Origin: the human T2T-CHM13v2.0 reference genome, Homo sapiens
Length of the DNA stretch: 64,000 nucleotides
Direction: 5' to 3' (one strand)
Assembly: GCF_009914755.1 (NCBI RefSeq)
Contig: NC_060931.1
Shown: one piece after another, positions 28,435 through 43,500 of the stretch
Numbering within the stretch: position 1 is the stretch's first letter
Layout of the letters: each line of letters opens with the position of its first letter
Notes under the pieces: generated by a model
What the model was told of the DNA's origin: nothing
The model's database searches: none
Seen by the model: the letters and a program-made list of their open reading frames with translations, nothing else
Position numbers and translations under genes: made by a program

Positions 28435-30815
28435 TAGCTGGGACTACAGCACATGACACCATGCCTAGCTAATTTTTGTATTTTTAGTAGAGACAGGGCT
28501 TCACCATGTTTGCCAGGCTGGTCTTGAACTCCTGACCTCGTGATCACCCTGCCTCGGCTTTTCTTTGCTGTGGCTCTTTCCCCTCTAAACTGTTCTAGAT
28601 TCCCAGGCGCCCTGCCAGGAACAGGTGTGGGCCACCCTGGTGTGAGCTGCCTCCCAGAGGCCTGGAAGGACCAGGCCTTGCCAATCACCGACAAGGGACA
28701 TAGAAGAGCACCCCCAAAGGACAGTAGGTCCCCGCCCTATCTGGCCCACAGCACCCGAGGGACCCTGCAGCACTACAGAAGTCCCATGGGGCAGACGGGA
28801 GCCACAGGCCCAGACTCCACAGCCCCTCAGTCCACATGTCCTGGAGCCTGTGGTGGAAGTCCCTGCTCTTCCATCACCGCCGCCTCTCCCCCAGGACCTC
28901 CGAAGAAACAGGCCAGGGCTGTCCCAGGCCTGGGCACACGGGCCAGTGTCCAGCCCACCCCGTCTGCCCCTCCAGGCCCCGCCCTCACCCGGAAGCGCTC
29001 CTCCAGCAGGGACAGCTCACTGATGAGGTCGGTGATGGCGTTGGTAAAGGCTTCCTGGGGGCTGTAGTCCGGCGTGGTCTGCACTCGGATGATGATCTTG
29101 TGCTCCAAGGGGTGGGGGACTTTGTAGCCAGCAAATAGCACTTGCGGGTCCTTTAGGTCACACTGTCTGAGGTCCAGGGACAGACAGTGTGAGGGTCTAG
29201 CCTCATGCCCAAGCTGGGTAGCAGCCAGATCAGAGCAGAAGAACAGACTTTCTAGCCAAAAATCCCCCCCAACTTTTTTTCCCAAAAGTCTTCAAGGAAA
29301 GTAACACTTTTAGGAAGATACCTCATGTGGGGACACCCTACCCCCGCCACACACACACACCCTGCATCCATGAGGTTGAAGGACCCGAGCTGGAAACAGA
29401 TTCCAGCAACCTCTTCCCACCGGGCACCGCAGTGCTGGCAAAGAGATCTCCCAGGCAGTGAATGTCCAGCCAGTGTTCAGTGACTCAGACCCAAAAAGCC
29501 CACAAAGAGCCTCCACGCAGCAAATAAAGGCAGCAGGAGAGGAGGGCCAGCTCCCGGCAGTGAGTGGAATGCAAATGGAACTCTGCCCTCCGAGCAGCAC
29601 AGCCGCCAGCGGCTGGCCACGCACACTGGGCCTTGTGCCATGGGGCTGCGTCGTGTACTGTGCCCTGGGCATGCAGGGGTCTCCTCTAGAGCGGCTCAGA
29701 GTGGTGTGAGCACCACAAGGGGGACCCGTGCATAGGTGGCAACACTGAGCTCAAGAGCAGGGGAGCAGCAGGGCCCCAGGAGAGCTTGGGTGCCCCACTG
29801 GCTGGGCTCCGGGCAGGAGTCCTCCATCCCCGTGCCTGACCACACCAGGAGACTGGGCAGACCCCACTCACAGACGGGGAAAAGCCTGGCTTCGCTGGTG
29901 GCACCAGAGGGAAGAGCCAAGTCTACAGTAAAATGACAAGTCCCTGGGCCAGAATGGCAGACACATCCCTGACCAACCACCTGGCTAGGACCTCACTGGT
30001 ATAAACAAACACCCACCAACCAATGCAGGGCGCCCATTAGGGGCACTGGATAGCCACAGAACTCCTACTTCTTTCTCTTGTTAAATAGAAGTTCTAGTCT
30101 CTGCCACATACATCTTAGAGGCCCAGGTGGCACTGAGGTCACAAACGGGTGGCATGAGGGGAGCTAATCTTGACTGCTTTTCAATGTCCCTCAGCATGAA
30201 TAACACACAGGCCTACTGTGCTGGAATCTGCTGCTCGTTCATTTACAGAATGTGCACTTAATGGTGAATGTAAGGCCGGGCACAGTAGCTCACGTCTGTA
30301 ATCCCAGCACTTTGGGAAGCCGGCAGGTGGATCACCTGAGGTCAGGAGTTCGAGACCAGCCTGGCCAACACAGTGAATCCCCGTCTCTACTAAAAACACA
30401 AAAATTAGCCGGGCATCGTGGCGTGGGCCTGTAGTCCCAGCTACTAGGAAGGCTGAAGCAGGAGAATCACTTGAACCCGGGAGGCGGAGGTTGCAGTGAG
30501 CAAGATCGTGCCATTGCACTCCAGCCTGGGCAACAAAGAGAGAAAATTCCATCTCAAAAACAAACAAACAAAAAAACAGTGAATGTAAATGCACGTGTTC
30601 ATCTACAGAATAAGCCACTACAGAAGCGTGGCTTATGTGAAGACATGGAGGTCGGTGTCATTTTGATAAAAAGGTACCAAGGTTATAAAATGCCCAGAGC
30701 AAGCCCCCAGAAGGACTTCCTGTAGCTCAGAGAGACTGAGGAAGACTTGGAACTTGTGCTTTGCCCAGAGGGGCCCATTAAACACAGCCCCTGAGAGCCT
30801 GTGACGGGAAACTTA

Positions 30816-30965
<150 letters not shown>

Positions 30966-31879
30966 CTAAACCCTGTCTCCTCCCGGCCAGGTGTGGTGGC
31001 TCGTGCCTGTAATCCCAACACTTTGGGAGGCTGAGGTGGATGGATGACCTGAGGTCAGAAGTTCAAGACCAGCCTGCCCAACATGGCAAAACCCTGTCTG
31101 TACTAAAAATACAAAGAAAAAAAAAAATTAGCTGAGTGTGGTGATCCATGCCTGTAGTCCTAGCTACTTGGGAGACTGAGGCAGGAGAATCACTTGAACC
31201 TGGGAGGTGGAGTTGCAGTGAGCCGAGATCATGCCACTGCACTCCAGCCTGGGCAACAGAGTGGAACTCTGTATCAAAAATATAAAAATAAAAAGGAAAA
31301 ATAAGCTCTGCCTCTTCCTGAAGGCCTTTCTCAATCTCTTCATCCCATAAAGGCCTCGCCAACCCGGTCCCCTACTTCCTGCTACCCCAGGTCTATGGAA
31401 CCTTGGCCTTTTCTGAATTCCTCCTTTTTTTTTTCCGGTAGAGATGGGGTTTTGCCTTGTTGTCCTCGCTGGTCCTGAACTCCTCGCCTCAAATGATCTC
31501 TCCTGCTGCCCAGGCTGGAGTGCAGTGGTGTGATCATAGCTCACTGAAGCCTCCAACTCCTCGGCTAAAGTGATCCTCCCGCCTTAGCCTCCTGAGTAGC
31601 TGGGACCACAGGCACACGTCATCATGCCTGGCCTGTTCCTTTTTTCTTATGCCAACATAATGAAGCAACCAAAAGGTGAAGAAGAGAGGCCCTGAAGTTA
31701 CACGGTGAGGCTGGTCCTGACCCTGTGAGTTCCGAAAGCAACCATCCCCCTGGCTGGAGTGTGCAGTCCTTCCATCCATTCCCCAAAACAAGTCATGCTC
31801 TAGCATTTACTATGATTTTAGTGAACGCTTAGATGGACAAAGACAGGAAACTTCCATTGGATTTTCCAAGACAAGGGGT

Positions 31880-32045
31880 TTTCAGAGTGCAGTTCCCAGA
31901 TAAGCAGCATCAGAATCCCCTGGGAACTTGTTAGAGTCTCCCACCTCCCACTTACTGGACCCAGAACTCTGGAGGTGGGGCGCAGGGATCTATGGTTTAA
32001 GAAGCGCTTCAGGTGATTCTAATGCACACTCAATTTGAGGGCAAC
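31880..32045. mobile_element. MER5A-like hAT DNA transposon fossil
   Basis: cagcatcagaatcccctgggaacttgttaga...caggtgattctaatgcacactc. Confidence 0.7.
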
Positions 32046-32104
32046 TATGCTGACAGTAAAATCTCACACAGGTGAGAGGTATCAAGTTGAATATCCTTTT
32101 TTCT

Positions 32105-32320
32105 AAGGTGGTTTCTCCAGGCTGACACCACACACATTTTAGGGTGCATCATTCTTTCCTGTGGGGTGCTGTCTTGTGGACATTGTAGGACATCAGCAGC
32201 ATCCCTGACCTCTATCCAGTAGATTCCAGTCATAACCCCCTTTGACAACCAATAATGTTCTCAGTTATTGCCACATGTCCCTTGTGGGCCAAATGGTCCC
32301 CAGTTGAGAGTCTGCTCTAA
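32105..32320. mobile_element. MER20-like DNA transposon fossil
   Basis: ggggtgctgtcttgtggacattgtaggacatcagcagcatccctgacctcta...tgacaaccaataatgt...ccccagttgaga. Confidence 0.7.
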
Positions 32321-32639
32321 AGGAGGCCGAAGTGGCTGGCAAGGGCCAGACCAAGACCTCTGCATGCCAACCTGGGAACAATAAGAGCCAATGGTTATGA
32401 GGTTTTCCAGGTGCTGAGCTTTGGACCAAGAGTTTTACACAAATTACCTCATCCAATTCTTTTTATTTTGAGACAGGATTGCGCTCAGTCGCCCAGGCTG
32501 GAGTGCAGTGATGCGATCAAAGCTCACTGCAGCCTGGAACTCCTGTGCTCAAGCAATCCTCCCACCTGAGCCTCCCAAAGTGCCGGGATTAAAAGCGTGA
32601 ACCAGCGCACCTGGCCAGATCCCTTTTTTTGTTTTTTGA

Positions 32640-32744
<105 letters not shown>

Positions 32745-33279
32745 TGAGTAGCTGGGATTACAGGCATCTGCCACCACGCCCGGCTAATTTTGTATTTTTA
32801 GTAGAGACAGGGTTTCTCCATGTTGGTCAGGCTGGTCTTGAACTCCCGACCTCAGGTGATCCGCCCGCCTCGGGCTCCCAAAGTGCTGGGATTACAGGTG
32901 TCAGCCACCGCACCCGGCCTGAATCCCACGTTTAAGTACAGTAATAAACTCATTTTCCAGATGAGGAAACAGGGCTCCGACATATCAAGCCACTCGCCCA
33001 CAGATACAGAGTGAGCCCAAGCTCTCTCCCCTGGACTCCTTCAACCCGCAGGCAGCGAGGAGCCACTGCGGCTTTTACGCAGGCCGCTGACAGATCGGAG
33101 GGGATGAAGGATGGAGGTGGAGGGCGAGAGACAAAAGAGGAAGCTGCCAGATCCCAGAGGAAAAGGGCTATGGAGAACCAGACACTCTGGGTTCGAATAC
33201 AAGCGCCGCCACTTCCTGTGTCCGGGGCAACTTGCTCGCCTCCAAGCCTCAGTGTCCTCATCTGCAAAATGGACACACT

Positions 33280-33800
33280 CGCGACTGCCTCGCGGAACGG
33301 CCTTAAATTTGGCTGACACAGGCCGAGCGGACGATCAAGCAAAAGCTGTTTCCCTCCAGGGGCAAGAGATGGGCAGGAGACACCCCAGAATGCGACAGCC
33401 GCAGGCCCGCGCACCTCGGCCCGCCGCAGCCGGCGTCACTTACTTCTTCTCGCCCTCGAAGAGCAAGAACGACTCGAAGGCTGGAGGGGCGTTCACGCTC
33501 CCGCCTCCGTTGCGTCCAGACCCCAAGTGTCTGCCGCCGCCGCCACCAGAGCCCTAATAAGAGGCCTCTTCCGGATTACTCCGGCGGGGCAAACCCGCGC
33601 AAGGATCGGCTCATCGCCCCCTTTCGGGCTGGAGGATCTTGCGCAGGCGCGAGAAAACCCCGAGAGAGGCCAGTGCCTCTGTGCATGCGTCAGTGGCGAG
33701 CGCACCGCCCCCACCCGCACCCCGGCTTGGCTTTCCCCCGTGGGCGCTTTTCGGCGCATGCTCAGAGCGCCGGGAGGGCTGTTCTGCCCCTACAGAGGCC
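33280..33800 (-). promoter_or_regulatory. CpG-island promoter of the POLR2J copy
   Basis: CpG-dense; ETS CCGGAAG on the minus strand at about 33568-33574; NRF1-like TGCGCAGGCGC at about 33640 and GCGCATGC at about 33754. Confidence 0.8.
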
Positions 33801-34450
33801 TCCTAGTCCTGGCTGAGCGGGAACCTCAAGCTGTACCTTTCTCCTTTCCCCATGTCCCTTGATCTCTCTTTGGAAACGTGCACCCCCTTGGAGTGCGCAG
33901 CAGGAGGCCCCTGAATAGAGAGAATAAAGCTAAGGGGTAGTGGACAGCTGCCGCTAGCAGCCGTAGGGGGAGCAGAAGATCTCGTGGCTAGAGGCAGATC
34001 TATGATAAGCCCCCTGCCCAGGCTGCCTATACCGACTGCTGCAGGACCTCTGCCTGGGGGGTGCAGCTGGCTTGTTAGCCGGGAGGGACAATTGGGTGAG
34101 GGATGCAGAAGGAGGCAGGTGTATACAGCAGTGAGAGGGGAGCCCGTAGGGTTACGTATATCTTTTTATATATTATTATTATTATTTAGAGACAGTGTCT
34201 CCCTCTGTCGCCCAGGCTGAAGTACAGTGGCGCCATCATGCAGCCTCCAATTCCTGGGCTCCAGAGATCCTCCTGCCTCAGCCTCCCGATAGTTAGGACT
34301 GCAGGCATGTGCCATCACACCTAGCTATTTTTTTTTTTTTTTTTGGAGATGGTTGTGGGGGGGTGGCCTCCGTATGTTGCCCAGGCTGGTATTGAACTCC
34401 TGGCCTCCAGCAGTCCTCCAGCCTCAGCCTCCCAAAGTGCAGTTGGTGGA

Positions 34451-35419
34451 TGTGGGCAGCAAGCCACCCAGGTGCCGAGGCAAGAGACCGAGGGCATGAG
34501 CTGTTCCAGTATAATAAAATATATAAAATAAGAATAGTTATACTAGATATAGATCTTAGATATGATTATATATGAATCATTAATCATTAGTTTGTAGTAA
34601 TTATTCTTTATTCCAATATTATAATAATCCTCGCTCTACAATCATAACCTAGGAAAAACCAGGCCATACAGAGATGGGAGCTGAGGGGACAGTGAGGAGT
34701 GACCAGAAGACAGAGTGCGAGCTTTCTGTTATGCCCGGACAGGGCCACCAGAGGGCTCCTTGGTCTAGCAGTAACGCCAGCATCTGGGAAGACACCTGTT
34801 GCCAAGCCGACCGTGGTCTAGCGGTAGCGTTAGTGTCAAGGAAAAACACCCGCTACTTAGCAGACCGGGAAAGGGAGTCTCCCTTTCCCCAGGGGAGTTT
34901 AGAGAAGACTCTGCTCCTCCACAGGCCCGCCCACAGTTACCCGGAGGCCTAACCGTCTCCCTGTGATGCTGTGCTTCAGTGGTCACGCTCCTAGTCCACC
35001 TTCATGTTCCATCCTGTACACCTGGCTCTGCCTTCTAGATAGCAGTAGCAAATTAGTGAAAGTACTAAAAGTCTCTGATAAGCAGAAATAATGGTGTAAG
35101 CTGTCTCTCTCTCTTTCTCCTCTCTCTCTCTGCCTCGGCTGCCAGGCAGGGAAGGGCACCCTGTCCAGTGGAAACGTGACCCATGTGGCCTTACCTATCA
35201 TTGGAGATGGTTCACTCCTTATCCTGCCCCTTTGTCTTGTATCCAATAAATATCAGCGCAGCCTGGCATTCAGGGCCACTACCGGTCTCTGCATCTTGGT
35301 GGTAGTGGTCCCCCCAGCCCAGCTGTCTTTTATCTCTTTGTCTTGTGTCTTCATTTCTGCGCTCTCTCGTCTCTGCACACGGAGAGAAACCCACCGACCC
35401 TGTGGGGCTGGACCCTACA
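34451..35419 (+). mobile_element. Full-length solo LTR (LTR13-like, HERV-K HML-4 group) with 6-bp TSD
   Basis: TG...CA termini (TGTGGGCAGCAAGCCACCCAGG ... GGACCCTACA); GGTGGA duplicated at 34445-34450 and 35420-35425; AATAAA at about 35245. Confidence 0.88.
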
Positions 35420-35912
35420 GGTGGATAAGTGTATCTTACCCTTTTTGGTTTGGTTGTTTTGCAGACTACAGTTTAGCATAAAGGCCCTCCTTAAGCTGTT
35501 TGAAGCAACAGGGACTGGGGTCTCAGAGGAGCTACCAGAGCCCTAACAGTTTGGCAGCTGTTTCTCCAAGGCTGGGCAGCAGCTACAGTGCTGAGGAAAT
35601 CTGGAGCATCTACCCCTTCTGGGAAGGCCCATTTCCTACTTGAGTTCTTGCACCCTGGCAGGAGGAAATCTCATTCTGCAACAGCCCCACACAGAATCTG
35701 ACTTTCCAGGCGAAGTGGGTGGGCACCTCTTTAACTGCTGAGGAACAGAAAGTGATATGGGTAGGCTGGGTGCAGTGACTCACGCCTGTAATCCTAGCAC
35801 TTTGGCACTTTGAGAGGCTGAGGCAGGCAGATCACTTGAGGTAAGGAGTTCGAGACCAGCCTGGCCAACATGGTGAAACCTCATCTCTACTAAAAATACA
35901 AAAAATTAGTCA

Positions 35913-36065
<153 letters not shown>

Positions 36066-36179
36066 CTAGCCAAGGGTAGCATCCTTGACCCAAGCTTTTC
36101 CAGGGTGACCCAGAAGTGTGGAGGTTATATCCTCAGGGAATTATTACCCTTATCACTTTTTTTTTTTTTTTTGAGATAG

Positions 36180-36511
<332 letters not shown>

Positions 36512-36748
36512 TAATTTGTTACACATTGGCTGTGGTTGCTTTCATGCTATATGGCATGGTGGTTGTGACTGAGAGCTGCATGTCTGGTCCTTTACAGAAA
36601 ACGTTTGCTGATCCTAATCTTGGGGATTGTGCCTGTGTTGACTTTGCTATTTATTGTTTGGTTACAGCCCAGACACTGAAGTTACTTATTAGCTTGTGGG
36701 TTTCTATCCCGTAGAAAAGAAAACTTCATGGCCGGGCGCAGTGGCTCA

Positions 36749-37057
<309 letters not shown>

Positions 37058-37246
37058 TTAACCACTTTCGTATGTAATATCACAATCTTATTCTAGCATT
37101 CTTCTCTTAAAGTGTTTACGGGCCAGGCACAGTGGCTCACATCTGTAGTCCCAGCACTTAGGGAGGCTGAGGGAGGATTGCCTGAGCCCAGGAGTTTGAA
37201 ACTAGCCTGGGCAATATAGCAAGATCTTGTCTCTACTAAAAATTTA

Positions 37247-37762
<516 letters not shown>

Positions 37763-37765
37763 TCA

Positions 37766-37912
<147 letters not shown>

Positions 37913-37915
37913 TCA

Positions 37916-38212
<297 letters not shown>

Positions 38213-39195
38213 CTACCAAAAAAAAAAAAGACAAAATATTAGCTGGGAGTGGTGGCGTGTGCCTGTAAATCCCAGCTACTCAGGAGGCTGAGGCAGGAGA
38301 ATCGCCTCAACCTGGGAGGTGGAGGTTGCAGTGAGTTGAGATCACACCACTGCCCTCCAGCCTGGGCGACAGAACCAGATTCCATCTCAAACAAAAACAA
38401 AAACAAAAACAAACAAACAAACAAAAATCTGGGAACCTGCCCCAGGACCCAGTTGAATGCCAGGGCTTGAAGTCTCTGGGAGGGGGTGGTATAGACTTGT
38501 GGGACAGATGGAAGGTATATCCTCTCCTGCTCCTCTCGCTTTTCCAGGTGGCCTCCAGAAACAATGTGGCATGATGGGCTATGGGCAGCTCTGCTCAGGG
38601 CCTGAGAGGAGAACCAGGGGGCAGTGCCAGGCATGCACTGATGTTAACTTCCCTTCCAGCTGCAGTGGTCAGGATCTGGGGAGGGGAGGAGAGGCATGGT
38701 GGATGCTGCCAGAAGGGTGGCTGTGTGTGTGCACTCAAGATCCAGGTTTCCACTTGTAGCCCTAATAAGTCCACGGCTCCTTCCCTTTCACTGCCTGCAT
38801 TTAGGCTCAGGAGACCCTGGAGGCCATACTTCCTAGAGAGTAGGTCCTTGAACCCAAGGAGATCCAACAGGCATGAGGATTTTTGTGTACCCCTAAGGAA
38901 GTAGCCAGAGAACCAGGTGCTGGTGATTTGGGGTGGGGTAGGGGCTGCATCAGGCTCAGCTGTCCCTGGACCCAGGGCCTTGGGCCAGGAAGGGAGGGGA
39001 GGGACCCAATCCAGCAAAAAGGCTTAGGAGCCCATAGGACGGCAGAGCACAGCAGGCTATGAAGCTCTAAGGGGTCGGGCTGGTGGGCTGCCTATGGGGG
39101 AAATGGTATCCACCCAGGCCACAGCCAGGAGAAAAGGTTGGTATGGCCCCAAAAGCCATAGGGAAGAGGGAGAGGGCAGGCCCCTTGAATCTTAA

Positions 39196-39421
<226 letters not shown>

Positions 39422-40587
39422 TAACTCCTGACCTCAGGTGATCCACCCACCTTGGCCTCCCAAAGTACTGGGATTACAGGCATGAGCCACTGTGCCCAGC
39501 CCTCTTTGCCTTTCCCTACTATTCCTGGAAGAGCCAAGGTATACAAGATGCCCCACTGGCCCTGCCCCAGAACCTAGCTGGGCAGCCAGGTCAGGGGTCA
39601 TGTCTGAGCCCTGGGACACTGGGGGCTGTCCTAGGCTAAGGACAAAGAGGGGAGGCTCAGAGCTTGCTTGGATGAGCGTTGAGAATGTGTTCGTGGCTGG
39701 GTGCGGTGGTCCTGTAATCCCAGCACTCTGGGAGGCTGAAGTGGGAGGATGGCTTGAGCCCAGGAGTTGGAGACCAACCTGGACAACATGGTGAGACCCT
39801 GTCTCTACCAAAAGTACAAAAAATTAGCTGGGCATGATGGTGCACACCTGTAGTCCCAGCTACTCAGAAGGCTGAGGGAGGAGGATCACTTGAACTCAGG
39901 AGTTGGAGGCCGCAGTGAGTTATGATCACTCCACTCCCCTCCAGCCTGGGCAACACAGTAAGACTCTGTCTCAAAAAAAAAAAAAAAAAAGATGTTCTGG
40001 AAGACTCTGCCCCTCCTCTCCGTCTTGTTTTTTTTTTTTTTTTTTTTTTTTTTTTTGAGATGGAGAATCACTCTGTCACCCAGGCTGGAGTGCAGTGGTG
40101 CGATCTCAGTTCACTGCAACCTCCGCCTCCTGGGTTCAATCCGATTCTCCCAAGTAGTAGGGGTTACAGCTGCGCACCACCGCACCTGGCTAATTTCTGT
40201 GTTTTTAGTAGAGACTGGGCTTCGCCATGTTGGCCATGGTTTGCCAGGCTGGTCTCGAACTCCTGAACTCAGGTGATCTGCCGGCCTCAGCCTCCCAAAG
40301 TGCTGGGATTACAGGTATCCTCAGTCTTGTTAATTACACTGGGGTTTGCTGTGTACAGTGAGATCAGGATGAGGGTGGTGAGGTGGTGATCAGGGGGACC
40401 CATGCTTCTGTTCAGGGGGTTGGCAGAAGCCAGCAAGGCTTGGGGTTTCCCTGTTTGGAGCTCTCCAAGTTGAGAGTGCAGAGGAGTGTGAGATGCATGT
40501 GAAAATGCAAACTTGGCTCTCCCTGGCTGGAGGCTGGCATTGGGTGAGTCTCTGGTAGGACCAGGCCATGTATACTTTTTAAGCTTT

Positions 40588-40593
40588 TTTATT
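40588..40593 (-). terminator. Candidate polyadenylation signal of the RASA4 copy (3'UTR about 3.1 kb)
   Basis: AATAAA on the minus strand downstream of the stop at 43702. Confidence 0.5.
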
Positions 40594-43500
40594 CTTGAAA
40601 AGTTCGAAGATATACAAAGATAGACTATGCAGGATAATGAGCCCCCACATACTCCGCATCTCTTGTCTGTAATTATCAGCTCGTGGCTACCTCTACCTCT
40701 CCCCTCTACCTCTTGTCTCATCTCTACCTCTCCCCCTGACCCCTGACTCTGGGTCATTTTGCAGCAAATCCCAAATGCGTATATCATTTATCCTAAATAT
40801 TCCATAAACATTCCACTATGTAGCTCTGAAAGATAAGGACGCTTACAACACAACTGCAATATCTTTTTTGTTTGTTTGTTTGTTTGTTTTTGTAAAGACG
40901 GGGATTTCGCCACATTGCCCAGGCTGGTCTCGAACTCCTGAGCTCAAGCGATTCTCCCACCTCAGCCTGCCAAGTAGCTGGGATTACAGGCATGTGCCAC
41001 TGTGCCCAGCCAAGTGCAGTATCTTATCACACCTTTACAAAATTAATAATTCCAATCATCCTATAGTTGATCAGTGTTCAAATTTCCAATTGCCTCATAA
41101 AAAGATCATTTCTTAACATTTTGTTTTGTTGCAATTGGTTGCTGTAAGTCACCTAAATATCTTGCCTCTTTTTTATACTTTTTATTGTAGTAAAATAGGT
41201 ATAACATACAATTTGCCATTTTAACCATTTTAAGTGTTTAACTCAGTGGTGTTAATTACATTCACAATGTATAGCCATCACCACTATTTAGTTCAAAAAT
41301 TTCAAGTCTCCTTTATTTTCCTTTTTTTTTTTTTTAATTTTAGGGACTAGGTTTTGCTATGTTGCCCAGGCTGGCCTTAAACTCCTGGCCTCAAGGTGAT
41401 CCTTCTGCCTTGGCCTCCCGAGTAGCTGGGACTAGAGGTGTGCACCGTCACACCCAGCTTCAAGTCTCTTTTAATTATTATAAAGTTCTGGCCATGCACA
41501 GTGGCTCGCAACTGTAATCTCAGCACTTTCGGAGGCCAAGGCGGTCAGATCACCTGAGGTCAGGAGTTCGAGACCAGTCTGGCCAACATGGAGAAACTCC
41601 GTCTCTACTAAAAATACAAGAATTAGCTGGGCGTGGTGGCACACGCCTGTAGTCCCAGCTACTCGGGAGGCTAAGGCAAGAGAATTGCTTGAACCTGGGA
41701 GGCAGAGGTTGCAGTGAACCAAGATCAAGCCATTTGCACTCCAGCCTGGGCAACAGAGTGAGACTCTGTCTCAAAAACAAAAACAAAAAAAAAAAACTAT
41801 AAAGTTCCCCTTCATCTGAAAATTGAATGTGATTTTAAACAACCTATTTGAGCTCTGAGGTAGATGTCTAAGTTCAAAGCCCACTCCTCCCTTCTGGGGG
41901 TCCCAGTTTCGTGATCTCTTCTTCCCTTTCCTTCCTGGTAGCTTAAAAAAATAGAGATAACAGGATAAAGGTGAGGAATGAAGGAATGAATGGATGCAGG
42001 CAGACGTGAAAACAGCGCCCATCTGGAGAGCTAGAAACATCTGGAGGGCTGGGACCACCTGGAGACGCCCTGTGTCTATGAGCTGCTGTTGTGAGGAGCC
42101 TGGAGCCAGTGGACACTGGGAGGGAGGAGGCTTTAGAGTGGGGGGCAACCGGGGGAGGAAGGAGGTTGGCTGTGCCAGGTCTGGGGGCCTCAGGGACTTC
42201 TGTGTCCTCATAACCCACAAAAGCCCTGCCCACCCTGCCCCGGGGCGGCCCACAGTAGCAGCGGCTGGTGGTCCCTGCAGCCGGTCAGCCCTAAGAGCGG
42301 GCACAACGTGTGGCCTGGGTACCACAGGGCCAGAAGAGAGGGACAGGGGCCCTGCTCCTGTCACCTGCTGCTTCTGCCACCCCAGGACCAAGTCATTGGT
42401 GTGAGCCGGTGGCCAGACATCACTGCCCCGCAGGCAGTGGGGGCTCCTCTTGGGCTGGGGGCAGGGCTTGGTGGGCAGCCCTATGGGAGGGGGAGCTGGT
42501 GGGGGACCACAGGGACTGACCAAAGAAAGGCAGGCCAGATCCCAGGACACCAGGGGTTCTAAGTCCCCAAGAGTGGGGACTGGGCCGGAGTCAAGTTTTG
42601 CCAACCATCGGACCAGCCCCGGGCCTCTATGATGAAGGCATCAGAGAAACCCCATGGGGCCAGAAAGGGGCTGGGGCAACGGTGCACCTTTGGGATCTGG
42701 GGTCAGAGGGGGAAGGAGGTGACTGCATGGCAAGGCAAGAGCTGAAGGCCTTCTGGAGAAGGAGGGTCCAGTCCTTGTCCCCACCCTGATCCAGGTCACT
42801 GTGGACGCAGCTGGGAGCTGAGCCTGGCAGCCCATGTGACACAATGGTGGGGGGATGGGAGCCCCTACATGGCCAACACTGCCAGCCACACAGCTAGAGG
42901 GCTTGGGGTAAGGGCTGCGTGAAGAGGAATGGGGTCTCTGAGTCCCGCCTCTGTGCTGTCCTCAGGGACACCCTAGAGAAGGGACTTGCTTGGGGGCTGC
43001 TTTGAGGAGAGAACAGCTGGTTGGACACACTGGGCTCTGTGGCCTGTGGGACATGAAAGAGGGGACCCAGGGACAGCAACTGGGAAGGGAAAGGAACCCC
43101 CGACCCCAGAAGAGTGGGGGGAAGAAAGAGGGGGGAACAGGGATGCCCAGAGCCCATACTGTCAGCCCCATCATCGGCACATCCACCGACAGCCTCCGGG
43201 GTCCCCCCGGGCCCACTTTCTCCCCAGACCCTCATCACAAGACCCCAGAGCCTGGACAGTAACAGCAGGTTTACTGTTGGCAACAGCACAGCCCTGTGGC
43301 ACCCAAGGGTAGCGGGTGGGGTGGCGGCCGGGTCTCCTGGGGCCCCGTTCTCCCTCCCATTCTCTAGGTCCCTGGAGGCCAGACCCCTGGGTGTGGCCCA
43401 TCCTAGCAGTGGTTCTGGCTGGGTCTGTCCTAGGCAGGAGAGGAGGGTCCCTGGAGAGGCAGTGATGGCTACAGCGGCTGTAGGGAGCTGGGGACACTTC

